Shown: positions 18,528-28,041, counted from the first letter of the stretch. The stretch: DNA of 64,000 nucleotides from Spirochaetia bacterium (GCA_965203055.1 OZ241863.1:3936001-4000000), one strand, 5' to 3'. Numbers and translations are program-made. Notes: a model not told the origin generated them from the letters alone.

Positions 18528-20342
18528 CTACGGGCCGCCGGCGTGGGGGGCGCGCAGCGCGGCGATTTCTTCCAGCAACGCGGCGCCGAGTTGGTCCGTC
18601 GGGACGACTCGGCGTTCCGCCGCGCCGCGCCGCGACAGTTCCGCGCCGCCCGCCGCCAGCGAGCGTTCGCCCACTACCACCCGCAACGGCAGGCCGCGCA
18701 GATCGGCGTCGGTCAGCTTGACCCCGGCGCTCAGCCCGCGGCGGTCGTCGTAGAGCACCTCGATGCCGGCGGCCGTCAACTCCGCGAACAGGCGCTCGGC
18801 GGCCTGCCAGGTCTCCGGCTTGCGGGCCAGCGCGACCAGGGAAACCTGATACGGGGCGACCGACACCGGCAGCGCCAGACCGCGCGCGTCGTGATGCTCC
18901 TCGGCCACGCACGCCAGCAGCCGCTCCAAGCCGATGCCGTACGACCCCATCACGATGGGGTGGGCGGCGCCCGCCGCGTCGGTGAAGCGCGCCTCCTGGG
19001 CCTCCGAGTAACGGGTGCCGAGTTGGCGCAGGGCGCCCACCGCGACCCCGCGGGCGAGGCGCAACGGGGCGCCGCAGGAAGCGCACGGCGCGCCGTCGAA
19101 GGCGGCGGCAACCAAGCCCACTACCGTCGGCTGGTAGTCTCGCCCGCAGCACACGTTGCGCAGGTGGTAGCCGGCCCGGTTGGCGCCCATCACCAGGTTG
19201 GCGCTCTCCGCCACCCAGCGATCGACCACGAAGACCGCCTTCCCCGGTTCGACGCCTACCGGCGAGGCGAAGCCCGGCACCATGCCGGCAGCGGCGATCT
19301 CATCCGCGTGCGCCGGCCGCAGCTCCCCCACTCCGGCCAGTTCCTGCACCTCGACCGGATTCGCCTCCAGGTCGCCGCGCACGACCGCGGCTACCACGGT
19401 GACGTTCGCCGCGCCCGCACCGGCCCCCTCCCCGGCACCGTCCCCAGCGCCCGCCGCGGCGGCGTCTGCCGGGGCGTAGAACACCATCTTCGCCGCTTGC
19501 TGCGGGGCGATTCCCAGGAACGCCGCCAACTCGTCGATGGTGGCGGCGCCCGGCGTGGGCACCTCCTCCAGCGCCGCGGGCTCTCCAGCCGCCGGCTCCA
19601 GCGCGAAGCGGGCGGCCTCGCGCCGGGCGGCGTAGCCGCACTGCGCGCACCGCGCGATACCGTCCTCGCCGCCGGCGGTCAGGTACATGAACTGATGGGC
19701 CGCGGCGCCGCCGATCGGGCCGCGGTCGCTGCGCGCCGCCGTCAACGGCACTCCGACGCGCCGCCCGATGCGCTGGAACGCCTCGTAGTGAGCGAGGTAC
19801 TGGCGCTCCAGCCCCGCCTGATCGCGGTCCAGGGAGTAGGAGTCCTGCCGGCGGAACTCGCGCAGCCGAAGCAGGCCGCCGCGCGGGCGCAGCTCGTCCC
19901 GGAAGCTGGTCCGCACCTGGAACACCAGCGCGGGGAGTTGCCGGTAGGAGGAGATTTCCGCGGCGGCGTGGAACGCCAGCGCCGCCTCGTGAGCCGTCGC
20001 CAGCACCAGGTCGCGCTCGCGGCGGTCGCGAAAACGCGCCGGACCGGCGTCGAGTTCAGGCCGGCGGCCCGCGGCCTGCCACAGCTCCGCCGGCTGGACC
20101 AGCGGCAGAGACAGCTCCTGGCCGCCGATCCGCTCCAGCTCCTCGCGCACGATCTGCTCGAGCTTGCGCAGCGCCCGCCAGCCGAGCGGCAACAGGGAAA
20201 CAATGCCGGGCGCCACCGGGCGCACGTAGCCGGCGCGCAGCAGCAGGGCATGCGATTCCCCCTCCGCCTCGGGGGGCGCATGCCGCAACGTGCTCCCGAA
20301 CAAGTTGGAAACCCGCTGCCCGATTCGTTCACCGCCCTGCAT
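18528..20342 (-). CDS. proS: proline--tRNA ligase, bacterial type with editing domain (divergent)
   Basis: SHALLLRAGYVR, FRDELRPRGGLLRLREF, GSYGIGLERL, YDDR..G.KL.DADL.GLP. Confidence 0.85.
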   Translation of the reverse strand: MQGGERIGQRVSNLFGSTLRHAPPEAEGESHALLLRAGYVRPVAPGIVSLLPLGWRALRKLEQIVREELERIGGQELSLPLVQPAELWQAAGRRPELDAGPARFRDRRERDLVLATAHEAALAFHAAAEISSYRQLPALVFQVRTSFRDELRPRGGLLRLREFRRQDSYSLDRDQAGLERQYLAHYEAFQRIGRRVGVPLTAARSDRGPIGGAAAHQFMYLTAGGEDGIARCAQCGYAARREAARFALEPAAGEPAALEEVPTPGAATIDELAAFLGIAPQQAAKMVFYAPADAAAAGAGDGAGEGAGAGAANVTVVAAVVRGDLEANPVEVQELAGVGELRPAHADEIAAAGMVPGFASPVGVEPGKAVFVVDRWVAESANLVMGANRAGYHLRNVCCGRDYQPTVVGLVAAAFDGAPCASCGAPLRLARGVAVGALRQLGTRYSEAQEARFTDAAGAAHPIVMGSYGIGLERLLACVAEEHHDARGLALPVSVAPYQVSLVALARKPETWQAAERLFAELTAAGIEVLYDDRRGLSAGVKLTDADLRGLPLRVVVGERSLAAGGAELSRRGAAERRVVPTDQLGAALLEEIAALRAPHAGGP

Positions 20343-20378
20343 CGCTATAGTCCTGCCGGCCGCGTCGTAATCTCTTAC

Positions 20379-20861
20379 TCAGAGTGGATACTGGAGGCCC
20401 TCAGGTTTCAGCCGCTTCATTTCTATGGCCTTGATCAAAATGTTCTTGACCTTCTTCTTCGATAACACTCGGTACTGATCCTTCGCTAGTGCTGCGACGA
20501 TACACTTGGCGGTCGCGCCTAGCCGTTCATAGTCGAGACCGTGTAGATCGACATGCTGATTAACCAAATCGGCGACCGGTGTCCTTCCGTTCGTGGACTT
20601 CAGCCGCTGATCGGCGGCATCCCGTAGTACCTTGTCTGCAACCCACACTACCTCGATCTTGTCCAAACGTTGTCCAGCCGATGCCATCGCCAGCACGACG
20701 TCTTCGACCTCGTGCTTCTTACCGTCACCGCATCTCCAGAATGACAGCGTTTTCCCATGTGTACGCAGGTCTGCAGTAACAGCGTCGGCTGAAATTTCGT
20801 CATCTCCTATATCTTGCCGATCTTCCCATTTCGACCGTGTGATCTTGCGAGCAAGGAACAT
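20379..20861 (-). CDS. hypothetical protein (possible ADP-ribosyltransferase/RES-like toxin)
   Basis: Lower-GC ORF, third gene of operon; LARK, TLSFW, HVDL. Confidence 0.7.
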   Translation of the reverse strand: MFLARKITRSKWEDRQDIGDDEISADAVTADLRTHGKTLSFWRCGDGKKHEVEDVVLAMASAGQRLDKIEVVWVADKVLRDAADQRLKSTNGRTPVADLVNQHVDLHGLDYERLGATAKCIVAALAKDQYRVLSKKKVKNILIKAIEMKRLKPEGLQYPL

Positions 20862-20865
20862 CTAG

Positions 20866-21600
20866 CTACGATGTCTTGAGATCGTTGACGACCATATCAA
20901 TATACTGTGCAAGCCACTGTTCTGACTCGTCGTGGCCCTCAAGAACCGAAATCAAGTCCGAATCTGCCCAGTGTTCAGCGGCTTGTACCGCCGCGTCTCT
21001 GATCTGAACGTTTTTCACAACCAACGCTTTGCACACGAGATCAGCCCGCCATACGGCTGTTCCAGGATCAGTTCGACGCCCCAAACAGCGCAGTAGCGAG
21101 GCCGCGAAAGACGGCCGTCCGGCGTCCAAAGAAACCTCACTCAACCACGCAAGAAGCGGCTGATCATCCCCGAGGCTCAACGCATTCTCCAGGACATCGT
21201 CGGCTGGATGGGCCATACCGTCTTCAAGTACTTCGGAATCGAACGCAGCGTACAGGGTACGCTCGAGGCGTGCTATTGCCTCGTCAGTCCACTCAGTAGA
21301 AACGCGTTGCGGTTCTCGTGTGTGGTCCCTCATCGCACTCTTGGCTACCATATGCGTAGCCGCAGCGACGACCAGCGGGGGCTTGGCTGACACGATTAGT
21401 GGCGGTATAAGTACCGCTTGGTTCGATACAGCAAGAGAACTTCTCGCAAGTATAAATACCTCTTCCTTCGGTACTACAAGTAAACCCTCTTCTTCAATCC
21501 AGACCTGTTGGTAAGTGGATTGTGCAGAGTCTCCGATTCGACGATAATCGACTATCGGAAGACCATACTCTCGAATCAGCGTCGTCTGCTCAGTCTGCAT
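20866..21600 (-). CDS. hypothetical protein with helical C-terminal domain
   Basis: ATG 21600 overlaps the upstream gene end; EDGMAHPA, IRDAAVQAAEHW. Confidence 0.7.
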   Translation of the reverse strand: MQTEQTTLIREYGLPIVDYRRIGDSAQSTYQQVWIEEEGLLVVPKEEVFILARSSLAVSNQAVLIPPLIVSAKPPLVVAAATHMVAKSAMRDHTREPQRVSTEWTDEAIARLERTLYAAFDSEVLEDGMAHPADDVLENALSLGDDQPLLAWLSEVSLDAGRPSFAASLLRCLGRRTDPGTAVWRADLVCKALVVKNVQIRDAAVQAAEHWADSDLISVLEGHDESEQWLAQYIDMVVNDLKTS

Positions 21601-22357
21601 CGAAAAGCTCTCTGGACTTGTCCGTGATGACGGCCTCGAACGCAGACCGCTCTCGATCACGTAGATCTTGTGCCTTTTCCATAGCTATATCCTTTCCTAC
21701 AGCAGCTTCCGTTTCCCAAATAACATCGAGATCGAGAACTATCTGGGCGTCATCCGTTGAACTCGAAATTCTTGCTTGCGATAGAATGAGGCGCACGCCG
21801 TCTTCATAGGAAAGCTCCGTACGACTTACATACTCACTCATCCGCGGCGGTAATTCCGGGACAACCGGCAACGCGCACCTCAGATATTCTCCGATATTTG
21901 CCGGCCCTTGCGGAATGCCGATCCGGTTGAGGTACCGAACTCCAATTCTCTTGACACCATTCGGCTTGGCTACCATCCAGTATGCATCGAGAGTCTGCTG
22001 GATTCGACTCCGAAATTCTTCCCAGCCACCGCTCCGGTCGGCAGTACGATGATAGGGCCGAAGCATATGTACGCTAACCACATCGGGACCGACGCCAACA
22101 ATTCTCTTGCCGTCATCCGTTATTAACTGGACTCTTACCAGTCTTTCGCCATGTTGTAACGCGGAAGGTTGTCCATTCCGCACTGCTAGCCCGACCCGTA
22201 CCACGTTCTGCTGCCGCGGCTTACCTGAATATTCGTCACCCAGTTTACTGTGGAGCTTGCCTGGAATGGTAAGGTCCCACTCTTCGCTTGGATCAAAATG
22301 AAATTCGCATAGCGCTTCCTCAATCGGCGGATTCCTGTATCGACGACGGGTGTCCAT
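21590..22357 (-). CDS. TIGR04255 family protein
   Basis: GAGGAG SD; YRNPPIEEALCEFHF, WEEF, RIGVRYLNRI, LDLD, FEAVITD. Confidence 0.85.
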   Translation of the reverse strand: MDTRRRYRNPPIEEALCEFHFDPSEEWDLTIPGKLHSKLGDEYSGKPRQQNVVRVGLAVRNGQPSALQHGERLVRVQLITDDGKRIVGVGPDVVSVHMLRPYHRTADRSGGWEEFRSRIQQTLDAYWMVAKPNGVKRIGVRYLNRIGIPQGPANIGEYLRCALPVVPELPPRMSEYVSRTELSYEDGVRLILSQARISSSTDDAQIVLDLDVIWETEAAVGKDIAMEKAQDLRDRERSAFEAVITDKSRELFDAD

Positions 22358-22482
22358 CAGTCTCCTCTCTGAGCGTGCGATGTCTCCCACTGTCGCGGCA
22401 CGCGCAACGCTTCCTTCGCAAGGTCCCTAAGGAAGTATACCGTGACCGCACCGTGTGAGGCCGCGGGCCAGGGCAAGGGCGG

Positions 22483-24216
22483 TCAGCCGCCGCCGACGGT
22501 GACTGCCAGCTCCGGCGCCCGCCGGCGCTTGCCGAGGCGGTCCGCGCGGCGCCGTTCGAGGCGCTTCAGGTGCTGCTGCTCGCTGATCGGCGCATGCGGA
22601 AACCAGCGCTGGCCGCGCAGGTAGGGCACCAGGGCCGCGTACGCGTCCGGCGTGCCGGTGCGGAAGAGCTGTTCGGCGGCGTAGGCTCCGACGTAGCCGT
22701 CGGCATCGTCCAGCGCCGCGGCCAGCGCCGCGATACCCGCGCCGCCGGTGGGGCCGATGCGGAACAGCGCCTGCAGCACGTACTGGCGCAGTTCGCTCTC
22801 CGGCTCACGCTGCAGGCGCTCCAGCAGCGCCTCTTCGATCCCGTCCGCGGGCGCGGCGATGATGCCGATGGCCGACAAGGCGTGCCGGCGCACGTTGGGC
22901 GCCGGGTCGCCGGCCGCGGCCAGCAGGCGCGGCAGCGCGACCGCCGCCGGGCGGCCGATCTCGCCGAGGGCGTAGGCGGCCCAGGCGCGGGTGTGCTCGC
23001 CGGCGGCCGTGAGGCGCTCCGCCAACGGCGCGACCGCCGCCGCTCCCATGGCGCCCAGGGCGTGGGCGGCGATGGAGACGTGGGTCACCGGATCGAACTC
23101 GTAGAACGCCGCGTCCGCGGCCAACAGCTCCAGGAGCGGCGCCTGTGCAGGGGCTCCCGCCGCGCCGAGCGCATAGGCGGCGTTGAGCCGCACCGGTTCG
23201 TAGTCATCGCGCAACGCGCGCACCAGCGCCGCGACCACCGCCTCGACGTCTCCGCCGGCGCCGCGCAGGAAGCCCAGCTCGTTGGCCGCCTGCAACCGGT
23301 GCTCCGCTACCGGTGCCTGCAGCCGGTCGATCAGCGCGCCGGCGGTGAGGCGCTGCCCCCGCTCGCCGGGGCCGCGCTGAAAGCGGTCGGCGGCGCCGCG
23401 CATCCAGTTCCAGACGTAGGTCCAGAGAATCTCATGGTCGGGAATCGCCCGCACGTCGGGCTGCTCCCAATCCGCCGTCCGATTGTCCCAGGTCGGCGCC
23501 GCCGGCTCCTCGGTGCGCATGAACACGAACTTCTGCCCGTAGCGGTGCTGTTGCGCGAGATTTTCGATCACCGAGTGGCCGACGTCGAAGTGCATGATCG
23601 AGACCGCGCCGAGACCGCCGGTCAGCGGCACCATGGTGCGGTGGATGTAGTGCTCGGGGAGTCCATAGGTACCGCTGTCGTGCGGCGTCAGGGTCAGCAG
23701 CGGGTCGGGGTCGCCGCGCCGCGCGAGATTGTGCTGATAGTGGGAGCGCGGCACGATCACCGTGGGCCCCTGCTCGTCGGGACACTCCTGCGGGTAGTAG
23801 AACAGGATCGCCCAGCGCGGCACCCGGTGGCGCGGCTTCTGGCCGCCGGCGTGCCCATCCTTGTGAATCCCCATGATCAGCCGGCGCCCGTTCGCGCCGG
23901 CGGCGGCCGGCCTGGCGAAGTTGGGATGGCAGTGGCGGTGCGGCAGCATCACGTAATTGCGGCCCAGCAGGCTGGTCAGGGCGCCGCGCACCTGCGGCGC
24001 GTCCATGATCCGCTGCAGCTCCGGCACCACCGGCAGCACGTTGTTCAGCGGATTGTACGCCCATTCCACCTCCGGGCTTCTGATCTTGGAGAAGATGGCG
24101 TCAGTCTTTTCGAAGATGGCGCGGTGCACCGCTTCCGGCAGCTCGGCCTGCACCTGCACGTAGCCGTCGACGATGAACCGGCGGACCGCGGCGTCCGACA
24201 ACAGATGGGTACTCAT
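22483..24216 (-). CDS. PhyH-type dioxygenase fused to HEAT repeats
   Basis: IHKDG, GPTVIVPRSH, DVGHS; C-terminal VRLNAAYALG, RAWAAYALGEIG, VRRHALSAIG. Confidence 0.88.
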   Translation of the reverse strand: MSTHLLSDAAVRRFIVDGYVQVQAELPEAVHRAIFEKTDAIFSKIRSPEVEWAYNPLNNVLPVVPELQRIMDAPQVRGALTSLLGRNYVMLPHRHCHPNFARPAAAGANGRRLIMGIHKDGHAGGQKPRHRVPRWAILFYYPQECPDEQGPTVIVPRSHYQHNLARRGDPDPLLTLTPHDSGTYGLPEHYIHRTMVPLTGGLGAVSIMHFDVGHSVIENLAQQHRYGQKFVFMRTEEPAAPTWDNRTADWEQPDVRAIPDHEILWTYVWNWMRGAADRFQRGPGERGQRLTAGALIDRLQAPVAEHRLQAANELGFLRGAGGDVEAVVAALVRALRDDYEPVRLNAAYALGAAGAPAQAPLLELLAADAAFYEFDPVTHVSIAAHALGAMGAAAVAPLAERLTAAGEHTRAWAAYALGEIGRPAAVALPRLLAAAGDPAPNVRRHALSAIGIIAAPADGIEEALLERLQREPESELRQYVLQALFRIGPTGGAGIAALAAALDDADGYVGAYAAEQLFRTGTPDAYAALVPYLRGQRWFPHAPISEQQHLKRLERRRADRLGKRRRAPELAVTVGGG

Positions 24217-24291
24217 GACCGGATCAGCATACGGAAATCGCGCCCGCCCGCCCACCGCTGCGCAACCGCCGCGCGGGGTGCCGATTACCGG

Positions 24292-25077
24292 TTACGCGGC
24301 GCCGGCAGCCGCCCGACTCCGATCGCGGTAGTGAACCCGCCGCGTTCCGTCGAACGAGATGCGCGGCCAATCGCGGTCCCAGTTCTCGGAGCCGCGGGGG
24401 ATGTAGTGGCACGCCAGCGCGTGGCGGGGCGTCCCGGGGCGCAGCACCGCGGCGCCGCCGTGGATCAGCCGGCCGTGGAACAGCACCACGTCTCCCCGAT
24501 CCACCAGCACCTGCGCCTCGTCCTTCCCGTTCTGCCGAAAGACCTCCCGTACCAGGGGGAAGTAGCGTTCGCGCTGTTGCTGCCGGTAGGTCTCTCCCGC
24601 CCGCAGCGTATGCCGCGCGTCCTGCTTGGTGACGAGCCGGCCCCGGTGGGAACCGGGCTGGACCACCAGCGGGCCATTGCTCGCGTCGACGTCGACCATG
24701 GCGATCCACGCCGACATGCAATCGGGCAGGTAGTACTGGTCCTGGTGGAACGGATGCTCGGAACCCTCGAAGAAGTGCATCGTCTGAATCGCCTCCGGTT
24801 CGTCGCCGAAGCAATCCGCAAGCGGCTGACGCAGACGCGGATCGACCAGGAACTGCAGCGCGTGCGGATCATACCGATGCTGATTGAAGGTGCGGCTCCC
24901 GTAATCTTCCTGCTGAGAAAATCCGCTGATCCGCTTTCGTCCGCGGCGCAGATCATCCACGTGTTCGACGAATCTCCGGCACTCGTCCACCGAGAACACT
25001 CGCCGCAGTACGACGTAGCCGTCGTCCCGGTACTGCGCCCGCTGTTCCGGCGTCAAACCACCTCGCTCAGACCCCAT
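24292..25077 (-). CDS. phytanoyl-CoA dioxygenase (PhyH) family
   Basis: GGAGG SD; FHQD, NGPLVVQPGSH, LIHGG. Confidence 0.9.
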   Translation of the reverse strand: MGSERGGLTPEQRAQYRDDGYVVLRRVFSVDECRRFVEHVDDLRRGRKRISGFSQQEDYGSRTFNQHRYDPHALQFLVDPRLRQPLADCFGDEPEAIQTMHFFEGSEHPFHQDQYYLPDCMSAWIAMVDVDASNGPLVVQPGSHRGRLVTKQDARHTLRAGETYRQQQRERYFPLVREVFRQNGKDEAQVLVDRGDVVLFHGRLIHGGAAVLRPGTPRHALACHYIPRGSENWDRDWPRISFDGTRRVHYRDRSRAAAGAA

Positions 25078-26618
25078 AGCTCCTCCCTTCGCGCCATCAG
25101 CATGTCGTCCCTGTCAGCGACTCGTTTCTTTACCACCGGGACAGCCTGAGCCGCTGGCACAACCGGATTCAGGTATGCCAGGAGATCGCCGCGCGCTGCG
25201 TGTTCGCTCTCTGTTGCTCGCCACGTCTCCGACAGACACAGAAACCGGGCTCGTTTGAAGCGGCGTCCTGTCTTGTCCATATCTTCGGTTTCCTTGACGA
25301 ACAAGACGCTTTCGTCGGCGACCTGCTGAAACACCGCCGGCGAATGGGTGTTGACGATCACCTGACGGAGCGGGTTGTCGTCGCCAACGGACTCCTGAGT
25401 GTCGACCGCTATGTCAGACAACAGATCCAGAACCGCGGGGATTCGTGCAGGATGAATTCCATTCTCAGGTTCTTCCAGGCAGAGAACCCCTTGCATGGTC
25501 GGATCGCTTTCCATTATGGACAGTGCGAGGAACCGCAGCGTGCCGTCGGATAGTGCTCGGGCAGGATGCGGCGTACCGTCTCTGTCCTTTACGTAGAGCG
25601 TCATGAGCTCTCGCTTTTCGTCGAGATCGACGGAGATGTCATGTACGTCGTCGATCAATTCACGTAAACGGTTGGTAATCTGACTATAGGCTTGCTCCGT
25701 TCGCACTCCCGTGACGGAGGCCATACGGTTGCCGCCGCGCCGCTGCGGTCCGGAATTGCGCGCCAAGTGGTAGAGCGTCGCGGCCAGATGACGCCCGTCG
25801 GCTCCCAGATGGGTAGGAGAAACAAACGCGTCCGGCTGCCGCATGGCTGACGGTTCCAGTTGCACCAACCGCCATGACTCCATCTCCCGGCGCGCAACCA
25901 ATACCGTGGGGCTCTCGGCTGCATTGGCTACCGACAATACGGTGCGCGGCAGATTGGCGGCCGGCCGCCGCAACGGACGTCCGCTGCTGCCGCCATCCTG
26001 ATGCAGCTTTATGACTCTGCCTTCACCTTCTCCTTCTGTTGAAATAAAGTATTGCGCAGTTCGCCGTCCCGTCACTACGGACTTACGCCAATCTTTTGCG
26101 CTATGGGGAAACAGAAGATGTCGGGGCGCGTCCCGCTGCGCGACGTGGACCAACTCCTCTTTGACGATCTCAAGCGCACCTCGCTCCAGGTGATCATTCG
26201 ATTCCCGGTACGCGAGCTCAAGGGAGTAGCGCAAGAAGGTGATGCTCGCCCTGGCCTCCTGCCCCAGGTCATCGACCGCCTTCCCCGGCACGACCATCTC
26301 CGCCTCGAAGGCAATACGATCGGCATAGTGAGAACCGGTATGATGAAAGAGGTCCCTCACTTGCGTCGTGCGGCCGTGCTGGTCGCGCACCGAGATGGCG
26401 GCCTCCATGAGCGTGCGATTGGCCAGTGCGCTCAGAAACCGAATCGCGTCGAACAGATTCGACTTCCCGGCCCCATTCGGCCCGACTACGCAGGTAAACG
26501 AACCAAGGCGCAGATCAACGTCGACCAGATTCTTGAAACCGGAAACTTGCAGCCGAGTCAACACGAGCGGGGTTGTTCCTTCGCCGCGGATACTGTCGCC
26601 CTCGCGCGGCTCTGTCAA
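25053..26618 (-). CDS. ABC-type AAA ATPase (AAA_21-like); start possibly 26564
   Basis: GFKNL, GPNGAGKSN, LSDGTLRFL, LEEPENGIHP, NTHSP; lower GC. Confidence 0.88.
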   Translation of the reverse strand: MTEPREGDSIRGEGTTPLVLTRLQVSGFKNLVDVDLRLGSFTCVVGPNGAGKSNLFDAIRFLSALANRTLMEAAISVRDQHGRTTQVRDLFHHTGSHYADRIAFEAEMVVPGKAVDDLGQEARASITFLRYSLELAYRESNDHLERGALEIVKEELVHVAQRDAPRHLLFPHSAKDWRKSVVTGRRTAQYFISTEGEGEGRVIKLHQDGGSSGRPLRRPAANLPRTVLSVANAAESPTVLVARREMESWRLVQLEPSAMRQPDAFVSPTHLGADGRHLAATLYHLARNSGPQRRGGNRMASVTGVRTEQAYSQITNRLRELIDDVHDISVDLDEKRELMTLYVKDRDGTPHPARALSDGTLRFLALSIMESDPTMQGVLCLEEPENGIHPARIPAVLDLLSDIAVDTQESVGDDNPLRQVIVNTHSPAVFQQVADESVLFVKETEDMDKTGRRFKRARFLCLSETWRATESEHAARGDLLAYLNPVVPAAQAVPVVKKRVADRDDMLMARREELWGLSEVV

Positions 26619-26704
26619 CTGGCGTCTGGCTCAGCGCCGGCGTCCCTTGATTCGCGGGCGCATGGTACGCGATACTACGCGGCCATTACCGCGGGAGAAA
26701 TGCC

Positions 26705-27700
26705 ATGAGCAAGCAAGAGCCGCAGCCCACGCCTGCGGGCCAGTGGGTGTCCTACCGCCCGGAGATCAAGGTGCTGGACTGTACCATCCGGGACGGCGGC
26801 CTGATGAACGATCACCAATTCGCCGACGAGACCGTGCGCGCCGTGTACCAGGCGTGCGTCGCCGGCGGCGTCGACTACATGGAGATCGGCTACCTCAACT
26901 CCCGCGCGCAGTTTCCGCCAGGCCCGCACGGGCCGTGGAAGCACTGCCGTGAGGAGGACCTTCGCCGCATCGTGGGCGACAACGACACGCCGTTGAAGCT
27001 GTCCGCCATGGCCGACGCCGAAAAGAGCGACTACCGCGAGGACATCCTGCCCCGAGCGGAGAGTGTGCTGGACCTGATCCGCGTCGCCGCCTACATCCAC
27101 CAGATCCCCCTGGCCCTGGACATGATCAAGGACGCCCACGACAAGGGCTACGAGACGTCTCTCAATCTGATGGCCCTCTCCACGGTGCCCGAGCGCGAGT
27201 TGAACGAGGCGCTGTACCTGGCGGCCCGCTCCGAGGTGGAGGTCATCTGCATCGTCGACAGCTTCGGCGCGCTCTACAGCGAGCAGATCGACGACTACAT
27301 GGACAAGTTCCTGAGCTACGCGGCCGCGGCCGGCAAGGAGGTGGGCATGCATGCCCACAACAACCGGCAGCTTGCCTTCGCCAACACCATCCAGGCCACC
27401 ATCCGGGGCGCCAACCGGTTGGACGCCAGCATGGCCGGGCTGGGCCGCGGCGCGGGCAACTGTCCGATGGAGCTGCTGCTCAGCTTTCTGCACAACCCCA
27501 AGTTCCGGCTGCGCCCGGTGCTGCACTGCATCCAGCACGCCATCGAACCGCTGCGGCAGGACCTGAAGTGGGGTTTCGACTACCCCTACATGATCACCGG
27601 GGTGCTCAACCAGCATCCGCGCGCCGGGATGCGGTTCAACGAATCGGAGCACCGCGGGGACATCATCAGATTCTACGACTCCCTCGAACACGAAGATTGA
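26705..27700 (+). CDS. HMGL-like (DRE-TIM) aldolase-domain protein
   Basis: LDCTIRDGG, VDSFG, HAHNN, GRGAGNCPME. Confidence 0.9.
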   Translation: MSKQEPQPTPAGQWVSYRPEIKVLDCTIRDGGLMNDHQFADETVRAVYQACVAGGVDYMEIGYLNSRAQFPPGPHGPWKHCREEDLRRIVGDNDTPLKLSAMADAEKSDYREDILPRAESVLDLIRVAAYIHQIPLALDMIKDAHDKGYETSLNLMALSTVPERELNEALYLAARSEVEVICIVDSFGALYSEQIDDYMDKFLSYAAAAGKEVGMHAHNNRQLAFANTIQATIRGANRLDASMAGLGRGAGNCPMELLLSFLHNPKFRLRPVLHCIQHAIEPLRQDLKWGFDYPYMITGVLNQHPRAGMRFNESEHRGDIIRFYDSLEHED

Positions 27701-27828
27701 TCCGCCGGCACTGGCACGGGAGCAACCCAATCGCGCCCATCCTCGGCGTCGCGCAGATCACCGCGCACACCGCTGATAACGGTCCGCGCCGGCAGCCCGG
27801 TCAGCCGGGATCAGCCGGGTGTCCTACC

Positions 27829-27858
27829 TTGACGGCCGCCCGGCCGAACGTCTACCAT
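27829..27858 (+). promoter_or_regulatory. sigma70-type promoter
   Basis: TTGACG-18 nt-TACCAT. Confidence 0.6.
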
Positions 27859-27864
27859 GACAAC

Positions 27865-27997
27865 GATAGCACCCTCGGACCGCCCTATGTCGGGCTGCCC
27901 GCGGAATACAACAACCGCATACCACCCGGAACTAGCTACTTCGGGCGCCGGTGAATACGCGGGAACAACCCTGCCTTTGGTCTGTGGTGGTGCTATC
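27865..27997 (+). ncRNA. candidate structured ncRNA (rod-like, 6S-RNA-like)
   Basis: Starts 7 nt after the -10 box; nested pairings GATAGCACC/GGTGCTATC, GGACC/GGTCT, CCCGCG/CGCGGG, CCCGGA/TTCGGG; A/C-rich internal bubble. Confidence 0.5.
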
Positions 27998-28041
27998 AAG
28001 ACGGCCCGGCACCTATGCGGGAGTCGGCAAGAGTAACTTCG

